Assembly (NCBI GenBank): GCA_951406725.2
Contig: OX597816.1
Span: 15,314,001 to 15,378,000, forward strand
DNA length: 64,000 nt
Source: Octopus vulgaris
Lineage: Eukaryota
Reading direction: 5' to 3'
Below, piece by piece: positions 10,720 to 22,487 of the stretch (its first letter is position 1; every line of letters begins with the position of its first letter). Under the pieces are notes generated by a model. That model was not told the origin of the DNA and ran no database searches. It saw only the letters and a list, made by a program, of their open reading frames with translations. The position numbers and the translations under genes were made by a program.

Positions 10720-11226
10720 CTAGCAGTATCGCCCGGCGTTGCTCGGGTTTGTAAGGGAAATAACTATATAAGCATTTTTAGAGAGTTACTTCCTTTATAT
10801 AGATGCCAATTCGGGCTTTCTTAGCCATTTCTGTTTTGGTGTCTTCAAGCCATGAAGTCGTTGTTCTAAAAGAACGCTGGTCTCCTTGACAACGCATTAC
10901 GACGTTGATTTCCTTAAACTCCCTTCCCCACAGCTTCATGAGGGAGGGAAGAAGGGGGAGAAGCAAACACAGGTGCAGGTGTTTGAGCGTGGATGCCAAC
11001 TCCGCCGCCATCGACACACGAAAAATTATGCATTAAAATGGAATAAAAAATGATGTTAAATTATTTTTAAAATCGTAGACTCATCGTAGACGCGCGCTAA
11101 TACTCAGACGGGCTTGATATGAATCACGACTATAAGATACCCGAATTTGGTTAAACTGCACCGCAAAATGTGGGAGGAGTTAGGAATCTAAATCGTAGGA
11201 GACAGACACACACACAACTACAGTTT

Positions 11227-11246
<20 letters not shown>
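10720..11246 (-). mobile_element. Non-autonomous Helitron
   Basis: Minus-strand 3' end has hairpin CCCGAGCAACGCCGGG then CTAG|T. Near-identical to 33995-34510. Confidence 0.8.
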
Positions 11247-11295
<49 letters not shown>

Positions 11296-11776
11296 ATGTA
11301 TGTATGTATGTATACACGTTACGGGCTTCTACACAATTTTCGTCTACCACATTTACTCACAAAGCCTTGGTCGTCCTGGGGCTAAAGTAGAAGATGCGTA
11401 AGGTGATGCGTAGTGAACTAAACGCAATACCACATGGTTGGGAACCACATTGCATAAACTTCTTCTTTTGATTTGTTTCAAACTATTTCCATATTGATGG
11501 TGTGTGATAACAGCATCAGAGACCAAAATCTATGCCTTTTAACTGAAATGGCATTAACCGTCTTAGGCCGTTCTCTTCCCATCATAAAGAAGGAACAACA
11601 AAACAAATATCATTGGTATCAATACCAATAACAAACCCCATTAGCAATAACAAAATCAGCAAGTACGACAATTCCATTGTTTCTAATATAAACAGCATAG
11701 CATAAAAAATAATGCAATATATCGATAATTAAAACCACAAGAAAATTGCACGCACTTACTCTTTAAAGTAAAGTTA

Positions 11777-13946
11777 TCAATGAGAAACATGCGCTTGATG
11801 TTTTTTGGAAACGTTTTCAATATTGGGACATATTTGAGAAAGACACCCCCTCATATCTTCTTCGATGGAACGGAGCCTCTCTCTTGTTTTGTGATTTGAT
11901 GTAATCGAGGATTGAAAATCTCAAATCACATAAACACAGTGTGAAAAACTGCATTGAAACGGATATGGCTTTTTTGCCACTGAGGGGGATCCTCCTATAA
12001 TAGCTATCCAAAATGTATCAATAGTTAACTCAGCATACTTGATTTTTAAGTTCGCGATTCCTGGATATAGATGCCAATTCCTCTTCTTCACATATTTTCT
12101 GATAGAATTTTTATGAAGAGATTCCGAACCCAATCATACATTCCTGTGTTAAATGACGGAAAATAAAAGTTTATTTTTTCTTCCAGATTTGTCAAATGTT
12201 CGAATACAATAGGAGTAATTTGTTTTATGCAGCTTTTACGTATTAAGGGAAACATTTCGAAGTTACCACCTTCAGCTCTATTTTTCCAAATTACAACTTA
12301 CTTTTTAAAGGAAACCAGCTTATCTGTCGCAGTGAGAATGTTTTCATCTCTACCTTGCAACTTGTCTTGATGCTATTAAGTTGTGCAAATATCTCTGTTA
12401 AAATATTCCAGTTTGGAAACCCAAAATTCACATGGTAGATATTCCAAGAAGCGTTCCTGTTTTTCTTCTTTATAAAATGCATGCAATTCCTTCTGGAGTT
12501 CAAGAATGCGACATAGCACCTTACCTTTTGTGTGTAAAGGTAAGCGCTTGTTCTGGGAATCCATATCAACACAATTTAGTTCAAATAAGCGACACTTTAA
12601 CGTTCTAATTTTAATATAATTAACCATTTTCTCATGCTGGAGCACCGCCTATAGTCGAGCAAATCGACCCCAGGACTTATTCTTTGTAAGCATAGTACTT
12701 ATTCTATCGGTTTCTTTTGCCGAACTGCTAGTTTACGAGGACGTAAACACACCAGCATCGGTTGTCAAGCGATGTGGGGGGGGGGGGGACACAGACACAC
12801 AAACATATACACACATATACATATATATATATATATACGACGGGATTCTTTCAGTTTCCATCTATCAAATCCACTCACAAGGCTTTGGTCGGCCCGAGGC
12901 TATAGTAGAAGACACTTGCCCAAGATGCCACGCAGTGTGACTGAACCCGGAACCATGTGGTTGGTAAGCAAGCTACTTACCACACAGCTACTCCTGCGCC
13001 TATCAACAATACTTGTTTTAATTCGACTGGTATTGTTTTTGAAACTAGTATCTCCCTATGTATGAATCAATGATTACGTGTAACATTAGGATTTTGCTGT
13101 TGTACGAGCAATATAAAACCTTTAATAGAGCCTATCATAAAGATGGTGCCCCATCGGTATATATTCCAACACATGAATTTCAGGATAAATTCCATTTTAT
13201 GAGGTAGGCAGAGAAAATGTCAAAAATATCTTGATCTCTTGTAGTGAGTGGCATTTCTTCGCAACAAAAGAACTGATTTATGATTTGGTTACCATCAACA
13301 AAGCGAATAAATGTAAGCAATTGTGCTTTGTTGCTAATGTCATCTGATTCATCAAGCAGTGGAATAAATTCCGAGTTCTGAAGTTTGTTCTGTACATTTT
13401 CCTCTATATCAGCAGATAAATCCACAATTCTCCAATGGATTGTATTATTTGAGAGCGGAATCCTGCTTATTTCTTGCTCGGCTTCGTCAGCTAACATGGT
13501 TTTAACCATCTTTCTACAAGCGGGTAAGGTAATCGACTCGGTTAAGGTATGCAATTTCGTTTGTAGTGCCATCATTTCGGCTATCTCAATAAACGCAACT
13601 TGAGCCTTTTCAGAAGCATTTATCCTTTTCTCAAAATAGTTTCTAGCAGTCTTTGGAAATAATTCAGATCTTTACATTGAAGATGTGAGTGTTTAGCTGT
13701 AAAATGTCTTTTCAACTTGCTAGGCAACATGCCTTCGTTACACATCTTTTCACCACAAACAGTACACAGCGGAAGAAGTTGATCCTCATTGCTAGTCCAA
13801 TGAAACCCAAACTTTAAATATCTATTGTAATATTTACGATTGGGTCGAGCTTTCGCATTATTATCACTACGCTTAGTTGCTTATGACGAACGTTTACTGT
13901 CAGATTCATAACCGTCACGGTTATGTTTTTTCTTAAACTTTTCCAT
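11777..13946 (-). pseudogene. hAT (Buster-like) transposase pseudogene
   Basis: Fragments ESITLPACRKMVKTML...IPLSNNTI...LDESDDISNKAQLL; KGKVLCRILEL; FWIAI...FTLCLCDLRFS..IKS; C-terminus HQAHVSH*. Contains frameshifts, stops and a SINE insertion. Confidence 0.85.
12633..13001 (-). mobile_element. SINE family A inserted in the hAT transposase
   Basis: High similarity to the 24574 and 48129 copies. Confidence 0.9.
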
Positions 13947-14875
13947 TTTATAGGTAATTTAGTCTGTCAATATGCATTGTCTAGCACAAAGTGCACATAT
14001 TACTAACAGAGTCAAACTGAGACTGAAACAAGTGACCAAGTGAACTGTGAAAAGTGGCAGCGTGTCACATATTATCGGACTCTTTTGAGAAGTCTTTCAA
14101 AATTAATTGAAAAGATGAAAATTCTCGCCGCTAAATGAATGAAAAAATTGAAATACAGCCGTAATACGTGAGGACGTATTAAAAGATTTAGTTCAACATC
14201 GTATATTTTAGTTCAATAGTTTATTTTTCACACTTATTATTGAAATGAAAACTGCTGAGGCTACGACCGAAATAAACTGAAACATAGTCGTGCACTGAAT
14301 ATGTCCATAAGACATCAATTTCGAAGATAGATTGATGTTAATTTAGTTCTTATCCTTATGAAATTTCAGATTCAAAATTGAATAACACTGACATACCATA
14401 ATTAACCTAAATGAATTGAATGACACAACCACCTCTCATTCTTAGTTTAGAACTTAGAATTTAATTTTTTTTGCCACTTTGACATTTGTATATGAGCTTT
14501 CTAATAAATTTCGGTTTGTACTTTCCATATTTTGAAATATAATCTTACTTTTTCGAGGTGCACCTAAAAACATCTTGCGGTGCACGGTTTGGGAACCACT
14601 GGGCCAAATCCTCATTAATTTTTTCAAGTTTTACTTGAAAAGGAGAGCGGGAGTAGAGAGAGAGAGAGAGAGGTGCTGCCTCTCAGTAAATTTATTTTAA
14701 GGTAGATGAGGGTTGCGAACATGGTCCAAGCGAACAGGTATATTCTGAACATGTACCTGTAGATTGCAGAAGGACAACAGAGAGGTTTCCTGTCTTAGTG
14801 ATCATGGTAACTGGTTTTGTGGGGTTTCCACGACCATCCTTTGGAAATCTACCTCTTTTGGAGATTTGTTCATTA

Positions 14876-15829
14876 CGAGGCCTGATCAAAAAGTATCGGC
14901 ACTGTTGCCATAGTAGCGGAGCTAAAGTACGCAGAGTGAAGCCGCTTGGCACAAAGTGACTTTGAATCTGTCGCGCATGCTCACTAAATTATAACATTCT
15001 CACTCACGTCTGTCGTTTATAGTAGTGCTTGGAAGTAAAGTGTGTAGAGTGCGGTCGTCTCGAAAAGAAGATTGGGTTTCAGATGCGCAGGATCTTGATT
15101 GTGTCGAGGAAGACAAAAACTCTTTGTAAACGATTACAGCAGGGGACGAAGCGTGGATCTATGGCTATGACCCCGAAACTGAGGCTCGGTCTTCGTAGTG
15201 GAAGACTCCAATTAATTAGATTCCAAGACGTCGAGGAAATCCAAGATAATGCGACGAGGTAGCAGCTCGTTATCCTCAAAACGGAATCCGACGAAAGCTT
15301 CCATCAATGGAAACGGCGCTGGATAAGGTGTGTGGCTTCAGAAAGGAACTACTTCGAAGAGGCGCAATGGCCCAGTGGTTAGGGCACCGGACTCGCGGTC
15401 GTAGGATCGCGGTTTCGATTCCCAGACCGGGCGTTGTGAGTGTTTATTGAAGGAAAACACCTAAAGCTCCGCGAGGCTCCGACAGGGGATGGTGGTGATC
15501 CCTGCTGTACTCTTTCACCACAACTTTCTCTCACTCTTACTTACTGTTTCTGTTGTACCTGTATTTCAAAGGGCCGGCCTTGTCACTGTCTGTGTCACGC
15601 TGAATATCCCCGAGAACTACGTTAAGGGTACACGTGTCTGAGGAGTGCTCAGTCACTTACACGTTAATTTCACGAGCAGGCTCTTCCGTTGATTCGGATC
15701 AACTGTAACTCTCATCGTCGTAACCGACGGAGTGCTTCCACCACTTCGAAGAAAATTAAATGTCAAAATGATATATGTTGCAGTTTTCTTTTGATACCAC
15801 CAGTCTCCATACTTTTTGATCAGACCGCG
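14876..15829 (+). mobile_element. Internally deleted mariner element
   Basis: TA-flanked TIRs cgaggcctgatcaaaaagtat / atactttttgatcagaccgcg. Transposase bits ITAGDEAWIYGYDPET and WKRRWIRCVASERNYFE. Confidence 0.85.
15361..15742 (+). mobile_element. SINE family C (tail T1) nested in the mariner
   Basis: TSD ACTTCGAAGA at 15351-15360 and 15743-15752. Confidence 0.92.
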
Positions 15830-15959
15830 TATTTGGAATGTATTTTTTTTCTTTGTTACCGTTTTCTCATTTCAAAATGATCTTTTGTGTAATCCCTCAT
15901 CGTAACGTTCTGTACCGTCTCCAATATTTTCTCGAACCGTTAGTGGTTAATAAAGAAAA

Positions 15960-16023
<64 letters not shown>

Positions 16024-16764
16024 TTATAGAAACCTATGATTAAGTGATCCTAATAGTTGGCATCTGTTCAGATGAAAGATTGCAGACTTTTATTTCTCAT
16101 AGTCTAGTGCATCGTGAAAGAAAAGAGAAGATAACTTTTACGCAAAGTTTTTTTATTGTAGGCTTTTTTGGTTTTGTTTCTGTGGATTCATATTAATTAT
16201 AATTCCATGCAACTAATTACTGGAAGACATTTTATCTATTGGCTTACTGTTTCTGCCAACTCACCACGTTCGAAAGAATAAGAAAAAAATTAACCACAAT
16301 GCAATGCATATTACACATGCAGGCGCAAGTATATAAATATGTGATACATACATACAGGAAAGCACTGGAAAACACATACATAACATACTTTCAATACTAC
16401 AGACATATATACATACATACATGCTCACTCACAGACGCGTGCGTTCATACATATACGTACCCACATTTACAATAAATATATCATGCTGTGTGTTTTATAC
16501 TCTCAAACACCATGGAGACGACGACCACTGATGATTCATAGGAATAAATAAAACCATAAAGAAATAGAATAACAATAATAATAGATGAAGTCGTCGGTGG
16601 TGATGAAGTTGGTGATGGTGCTGGCGATGCTGTGCATGTCATCGATGATGATGATGATGATGATGAGAAATAATGACTATTTTCCTTATCCCACAAAAGC
16701 TCTTGCTAATAAAAATAAGAGATTCTTGCAGTTAAAGGCTATAGTGAAAAAAATCCCTAGATCC

Positions 16765-16804
<40 letters not shown>

Positions 16805-17137
16805 ATATGTACAATACAGATACATATAAATACAATATATTTTCCAATGTTTTTTTACATTCTTAATTAAGTTACTGCTATGTACTATAGAACATGTCTA
16901 AAGATTTAGTAACCAACACTGTGTCACGACGAATGTAGACACTACGTCTATACGATATGCTCATCATAAGCGACAGTGTAATCACAAGGAAGGTACACTG
17001 CATGCCCATTGTTAAAGGAGTGCACTGGACATTGCCCCTTCACTATTCAATGGTGCATCCTCAGATTAACCCCACTTTAGTGATTCTGCTTTTGCATCAT
17101 TACAAATTAGTGCCCACCAAGAATATCTTCAAGTACC

Positions 17138-18554
17138 TATTTCTTTACTGCCCACAAGGGGCTAAAAATGTAAACATAGGTGAAATACCTATTTCTTTAC
17201 TACCCACAAGGGGCTAAACACAGAAGGGACAAACAATGACAGACACACGGATTAAGTAGATTATATCGACCCCAGTGCGTAACTGGTACTTAATTTATCG
17301 ATCCCGAAAGGATGTGTAGCAATATCGTCTCTCATTGCTATCTTCACTGTTTGAGAAGAGTATTAAGAATGACCTCGGTCGAGATTACAAACAGCTTTGG
17401 CTAGTTCAACATTGTTGTAAACACTAATTCGATTGGCTGACACGTTGGTCTCTACTACGCTCGCACCGCTGGTTATAACTTGGCGCAAAATGTCTCGACT
17501 TATTTTCGCGCCATAGTCCAAGCAGCCAATCACAGCTTTCCATTTCTGAAGTTCACTGGGAGCCTGGTGAAGCTTATAAATAAGGTTTCTCAGAAAAATA
17601 TTCGTCTTAGGTTTCTAGTTCTTCTCAGAGATAAACCTCTGACCACACAGCTCGTCTTAGGCTTTTAGTTCTTTTAAGAGCTAAGTCTCTGACCACACAG
17701 AGATACTCGACCAAGTTCCAGTTTCGAGGCAGGCGACCACCATTAATACAAGATGTTACAGATACCTCTCATACTGTTAGTGTGAAATATCACCATGAAG
17801 AAAACGGTTACAGGATATCTATAACTAGAGAAAAATAACCAAGCAGAACATATAATGAAGAAGCAGCAAGAACCAATCGACAAACATCGAAGATTTAAAT
17901 TGTACACGAGACAACTACAGATTCAACTATAGCGGTTAGGTGAAATTCTCGCCACGAAGAAAACGGCTACAGAAACATGTCTGGAAGTATATTCATATCA
18001 AGAGAAAGATAAACACAACGAGTGATTCAATTAATCTCAACTGCGACACGCAATACCTTGATATAGAACTCTTACAGTGTACCTCATAAACGGTAAATCA
18101 ATTATCTGTTTCTTGGGTTCTAGATTCTTCTAAGAACTATCTTAAGCCATCTGTTATTACCTGTTGCCAAGCCGATACCAACAACATGAACTGTGAATAG
18201 AATCCCATCGTCATTTCACTGGTCAGTACCTTTTCACGCCTAACGAACACACAGACACAAAAACATGCTAACACTTACGAACTTCCAACATCAAGCATGA
18301 TTGTAAAATATGTAAAATAAATAATGTATATATCTTAAAAAGAAAACTTGTTGTCATTGCAAACTTATGTGTATTGCCGCTGCATGTATTATATAGTCAG
18401 TAAATAAATTATTAAGAATAGGATCACGTTCTTATTTTTATAGATGAAAGGCAAAGTCGACTTCGGCGGAATTTGAACTCAGAACGTAACGGCAAACGAA
18501 ATACTGCTAAGCATTTCGCCCGGCGTGCTAACGTTTCCGCCAGCTCACCGCCTT
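17138..18554 (-). mobile_element. SINE family B (with short extra tail unit), split by a solo LTR
   Basis: The two halves join exactly across the 17315-18442 insertion. TSD AATATCTTCAAG(T/C)ACC at 17122-17137 and 18555-18570. Confidence 0.88.
17315..18442 (+). mobile_element. Solo LTR (Ty3/Gypsy-like, 4-bp TSD)
   Basis: TSD GATG (17311-14, 18443-46). Ends TGT...ATA. CCAAT motifs near 17431 and 17526, TATAAA at 17575, AATAAA at 18403. Confidence 0.72.
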
Positions 18555-19115
18555 AATATCTTCAAGCACCACCAGGCACAAAAGTCTGGAGACGGGCCTG
18601 GTACGCTTTTGATGGTGACGATTCAAACAAGAACCAAAACGTACATGCAACTGTTTCCCCCTTTTTTTGTCCACGAGTGTATTGTGTACACATAATGTTT
18701 ACATTCGTCATAACATATAGGCCTATAATAGAAACGATTATTATTTCACTTTTTAGTCAGTGATGGCAGTTACATTCAATTTTATTCATGCGTGCAAAAT
18801 ACAAAATCGTAAAAACTAGGTGGGTGACGAAAACGTCAGGAGAGAAACGAGACAGCCTTCTTTTAAAATGCCGGAAGTGGGTCAGCGATGTTATGTAGTG
18901 GTAATGATTTAAGAATTTGTCTTAGATATCATCGACAGCAAAAGCTCATAAATAACCAATTAGTGCATTCTCACACCTGTGAGAACGCACTTGTTAGGTT
19001 GCTCTAGAGTACCCCACAGCTTTCTTTTTCTATCAGTTTCTTATACTGGACCTTGGTGTACACAAAGGTACCCTTCAGTAATCTTTGTTTGGGCGTGATG
19101 AAAAACAAATCGCTT

Positions 19116-19696
19116 AAGGCGGCGAGCTGGCAGAAACGTTAGCACGCCGGGCGAAATGCGTAGCTGTATTTCGTCTGCCGTTACGTTCTGAGTTCAAATT
19201 CCGCCGAGGTCGACTTTGCCTTTCATCCTTTCGGAGTCGATTAAATAAGTACCAGTTACGCACTGGGGTCGATGTAATCGACTTAATCCGTTTGTCTCTC
19301 CTTATTTGTCCCTTCTGTGTTTGGCCCCTTGTGGGTAGTAAAGAAATAGGTATTTCGTCTGCCGTTACGTTCTGAGTTCAAATTGCGCCGAGGTCGACTT
19401 TGCCTTTCATCCTTTCGGGGTTGCTTAAATAAGTACCAGTTACGCAATGGGGTCGATATAATCGATTTAATCCGTTTGTCTGTCCTTATTTGTCCTCTCT
19501 GTGTTTAGCCCCTTGTGGGTAGTAAAGAAATAGGTATTTCGTCTGTCTTTATGTTCTGAGTTCAAATTCCGTTGAGGTTACTTTGACTTTCATCCTTTCG
19601 GGGTCGATTAAATAAGTACCAGTTTCGTACTGGGGTCGATCTAAGCGACTGGTCCCCTCCCCAAAAATTTCGGGTCATGTGTCTAGAGTAGAAAAA
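19116..19696 (+). mobile_element. SINE family B trimer (one head, three bodies)
   Basis: Units start at 19166, 19350 and 19534 (184-bp period). Meta-like core gcctttcatcctttcggggtcgattaaataagtaccag. Flanking repeat GAAAAACAAATC(G/T)CTT. Confidence 0.92.
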
Positions 19697-19824
19697 GAAA
19701 AACAAATCTCTTGTCCTTCATAAACTATTTCTTTTGCTTGTGATAAAATCTTGATACTTTTACAGAAAATTTGTCACTTGCATATTTCTATCATTTCGGC
19801 TCTTTTTATTTTTTATTTTGTATC

Positions 19825-20024
19825 CTTTACTTGTTTCGGTCATTAGACTGTGGCCGTGCTGCAGCTGCAGCACTGCCTTGAAGAACTTTTAGACAGATGA
19901 ATCGATCCCAGTGCTTATTTTTTGGTTTTTGAGCCTGGCACTTATTTTATCGGTCTGTTTTGCCGAGTCGCTAATGTTACGGCAGACATAAACACGCCAA
20001 CACCTGTTATCAAACGGTGGTGGA

Positions 20025-20075
<51 letters not shown>

Positions 20076-20242
20076 ACACACTCAGGGCTGTTTTGAGTTT
20101 CCATCTACCAAATCTACTCACAAGACTTTGATCTGCCCGAAGTTATTGTGGAAGACATCTGTCCAAGGTGCCATGTGATGCGACTGAACCCGGAATCATG
20201 TGGTTGGGAAGCAAACCTCTTATTACAGAGCCACGACTGCGC
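19825..20242 (-). mobile_element. SINE family A, older subfamily
   Basis: Alignable by eye to the other A copies; internal (CA)n. Confidence 0.85.
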
Positions 20243-20289
20243 TCTATTTAGTTTACATTAATTGCCAAATCAAAGCACCTTCTGTTGAA

Positions 20290-20900
20290 CAACTACTGTT
20301 TTTTTTTTTTCATATTTATGAGGTACTGGTTTATGCTCTAAAATGCCCTTGAGTTATCCGCTATTAACGTCCTCTTGTTCTTTCACAAGCTTTTAGGTGA
20401 AGCTTACCCTGTCTTCTTTCTTCTGGTAATTTTGTTTCTTTATGACTTCTTACATCCCCATTGACACAAGACGGTGGGTCGGTATTATAAATTGGAGGAA
20501 AGAAGGTTTTCTGCGCATCAGGTTCTGGGACTGAGAGTAAGACAGATTCTCTGGCCCTTTGCGGGTATAGATTCGGCGCGGCTTGCTGTTCCTACAACTG
20601 TCGACTACTCTCTACTTTCATCTCTTTACTAACAGTGTTAATTATGGTCAGGGAAAGGAATATCTGGTCACTAGCTTCAAAACCTGCTACAAAGTGAGTA
20701 CCATCTTCGGCCATGTCTGGTGCTTCGATCATTTTACTCGAACGTCAACTCCTGGAATCTACCCATTCTTCATTTTCCCCCAGCATTTGAAGATAGAGAA
20801 CTTGGAAAGTCCAAGAACTGGGCTCTCTACTCTACGCTGTCAACGTTGTTGTTCTTGAGTCAGTAGTACCCTCAATGGAACGTGACTCTTGAACGATTCT
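20290..20900 (-). pseudogene. Possible highly decayed mariner transposase remnant
   Basis: Only faint traces of motifs (KMVLT..., IYNTDPPSC resembling YSPDLAP). Confidence 0.3.
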
Positions 20901-21163
20901 CACTAATCATAAGGAGTATTACAAGTCCATGCTGACTCCCATCCACATTTCATTTCTCGTTTCTTATCAACCATATGTGTGTGTTGTTGTAAAGCGGTCT
21001 GTTGTATCTGTCTTTTGACGACGGTTGTCGCTCTGACAAATATTGTTATATTGCGTAGTCGTCGACAAAGTGGTTCTATCTAGCACTGTACAACCCTTAG
21101 TTGTACAGTGTTGTTATCCTCAAACGGTTGGGTCATATAACATCCACTCAGTATCACAGTATA

Positions 21164-21580
21164 TATTTCTTTACTGCCCACAAGGGGCTAAACGCAGAGA
21201 GGACAAACAAGGACAGACAAACGGATTAAGTTGAATACATCGACCCCAGTGCGAAACTGGTACTTTATGTATCGACCCCGAAAGGATGAAAGGCAAAGTC
21301 GATATCGGCGGAATTTGAACTCAGAACGTAGCGGCAGACGAAATACCTATTTCTTTATTACCCACAAGAGGCTAAACATAGAGGGGACAAACAAGGACAG
21401 ACATAGGTATTAAGCCGATTACATCGACCCCAGTGCGTAACTGGTACTTAATTTATCGACCCCGAAAGGATGAAAGGCAAAGTCGACCTCGGCGGAATTT
21501 GAACTCAGAACGTAGCGCCAGACGAAATACCGCTAAGCATTTCGCCCGGCGTGCTAACGTTTCTGCCAGCTCGCCGCCCT
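21164..21580 (-). mobile_element. SINE family B dimer
   Basis: Junction gacgaaatacc|tatttcttta near 21346. Perfect 16-bp TSD TCAGTATCACAGTATA at 21148-21163 and 21581-21596. Confidence 0.92.
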
Positions 21581-21712
21581 TCAGTATCACAGTATAATTA
21601 CTATATCAGCGCAGACACGACTATCAACACAGTCTACACATACTCTCGACCTTCATCTGTTGGCTGGCTACTACTATTTTTTTACCGGGAGGGGTGTACA
21701 ATTCCCCTATAC

Positions 21713-21761
<49 letters not shown>

Positions 21762-21886
21762 TAAAATAAGTTCAAGTAGAACAATTAAAATTTTTGTTGG
21801 GGTGAGGAGGTCCAAAAATACTTTTCAAATAAGTATTCTACATATCAAAATAATAGCCAGCTATAGCAAGCATTTAAAATATGAAA

Positions 21887-22257
21887 ATAACAAGTGAAAA
21901 GTTTGTAATAGGCATGTAGAAGATAAAATCATATATAAAACACCACTAACAGTTACAAAAATAGAGAAGAGATGTTAAATGTTCAAATTAGAATTTAATT
22001 TTCACATACGACCGTTTCGAATGATAATACCAACATGTAAGAAAAAACATAAATGGTAATACATAACTAATGTAATTATTATTATAATTAATGCTTTTTC
22101 TTACATGTTGGTATTATCATTCGAAACGGTCGTATGAGAAAATTAAATCCCAATTTGAACTTTTAACATCTTCTTCTCTCCATTTTTGTAACTGTTAGTA
22201 GTGTTTTATATAAGATTTTATCTTATACATGCCTATAACAAACTTTTTACTTGTTAT
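21887..22257. repeat. Fold-back palindrome (~165-bp arms) containing the hammerhead 3'-half motif GAAACGGUC
   Basis: 21887-22050 is the imperfect reverse complement of 22092-22257. Confidence 0.9.
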
Positions 22258-22285
22258 ACATATATCTTTGTAAAACGATATATAT

Positions 22286-22487
22286 GTGACCGCGTGTGTA
22301 TCGTTGGCGATTTTCTTTCTCCGTCTTCCCTTCTTTGGACTTCATTTTTTTTTCTATATTTCTGACGAAGAGCTCTGCTCGAAGCGTTAAATCCGCCTTC
22401 TTTCTTTCCTTTCCTCAGCATCTAATAACACTATACTTGTTTCACGTCCTCGCGTTTCTTTTCTCTTTGTTCATGTATAGATTAACT
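22286..22487 (+). mobile_element. ~200-bp hammerhead-bearing dispersed repeat (family H1), copy 1
   Basis: Homologous to 33788-33993 and, reversed, to 56290-56520; adjacent to (TA)n. Confidence 0.8.
22358..22392 (+). ncRNA. Minimal type-I hammerhead motif (A15.1>G, probably inactive)
   Basis: AUUU-CUGACGA-A-GAGC(UCU)GCUC-GAAG-CG-UU^AAAU. Confidence 0.6.

Larger units (their letters stand above)
11770..14601 (-). mobile_element. Decayed Buster/Charlie-type hAT DNA transposon
   Basis: Minus-strand 5' end CAGTGGTTCCCAAAC at 14601 plus a transposase remnant inside. The other TIR was not identified. Confidence 0.8.

Noticed and set aside
14712-14747. 36-bp AG/GT-bounded micro-exon (VDEGCEHGPSEQ)
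   Set aside because: Weak splice signals; expected by chance.
15361-15432. tRNA gene
   Set aside because: A and B boxes are present, but this is the head of a multicopy SINE with a TSD and has no proper cloverleaf.
19166-19696. Hammerhead retrozyme or CRISPR-like array as an explanation of the 184-bp repeats
   Set aside because: No hammerhead core on either strand of the unit, no unique spacers, and a eukaryotic SINE context.
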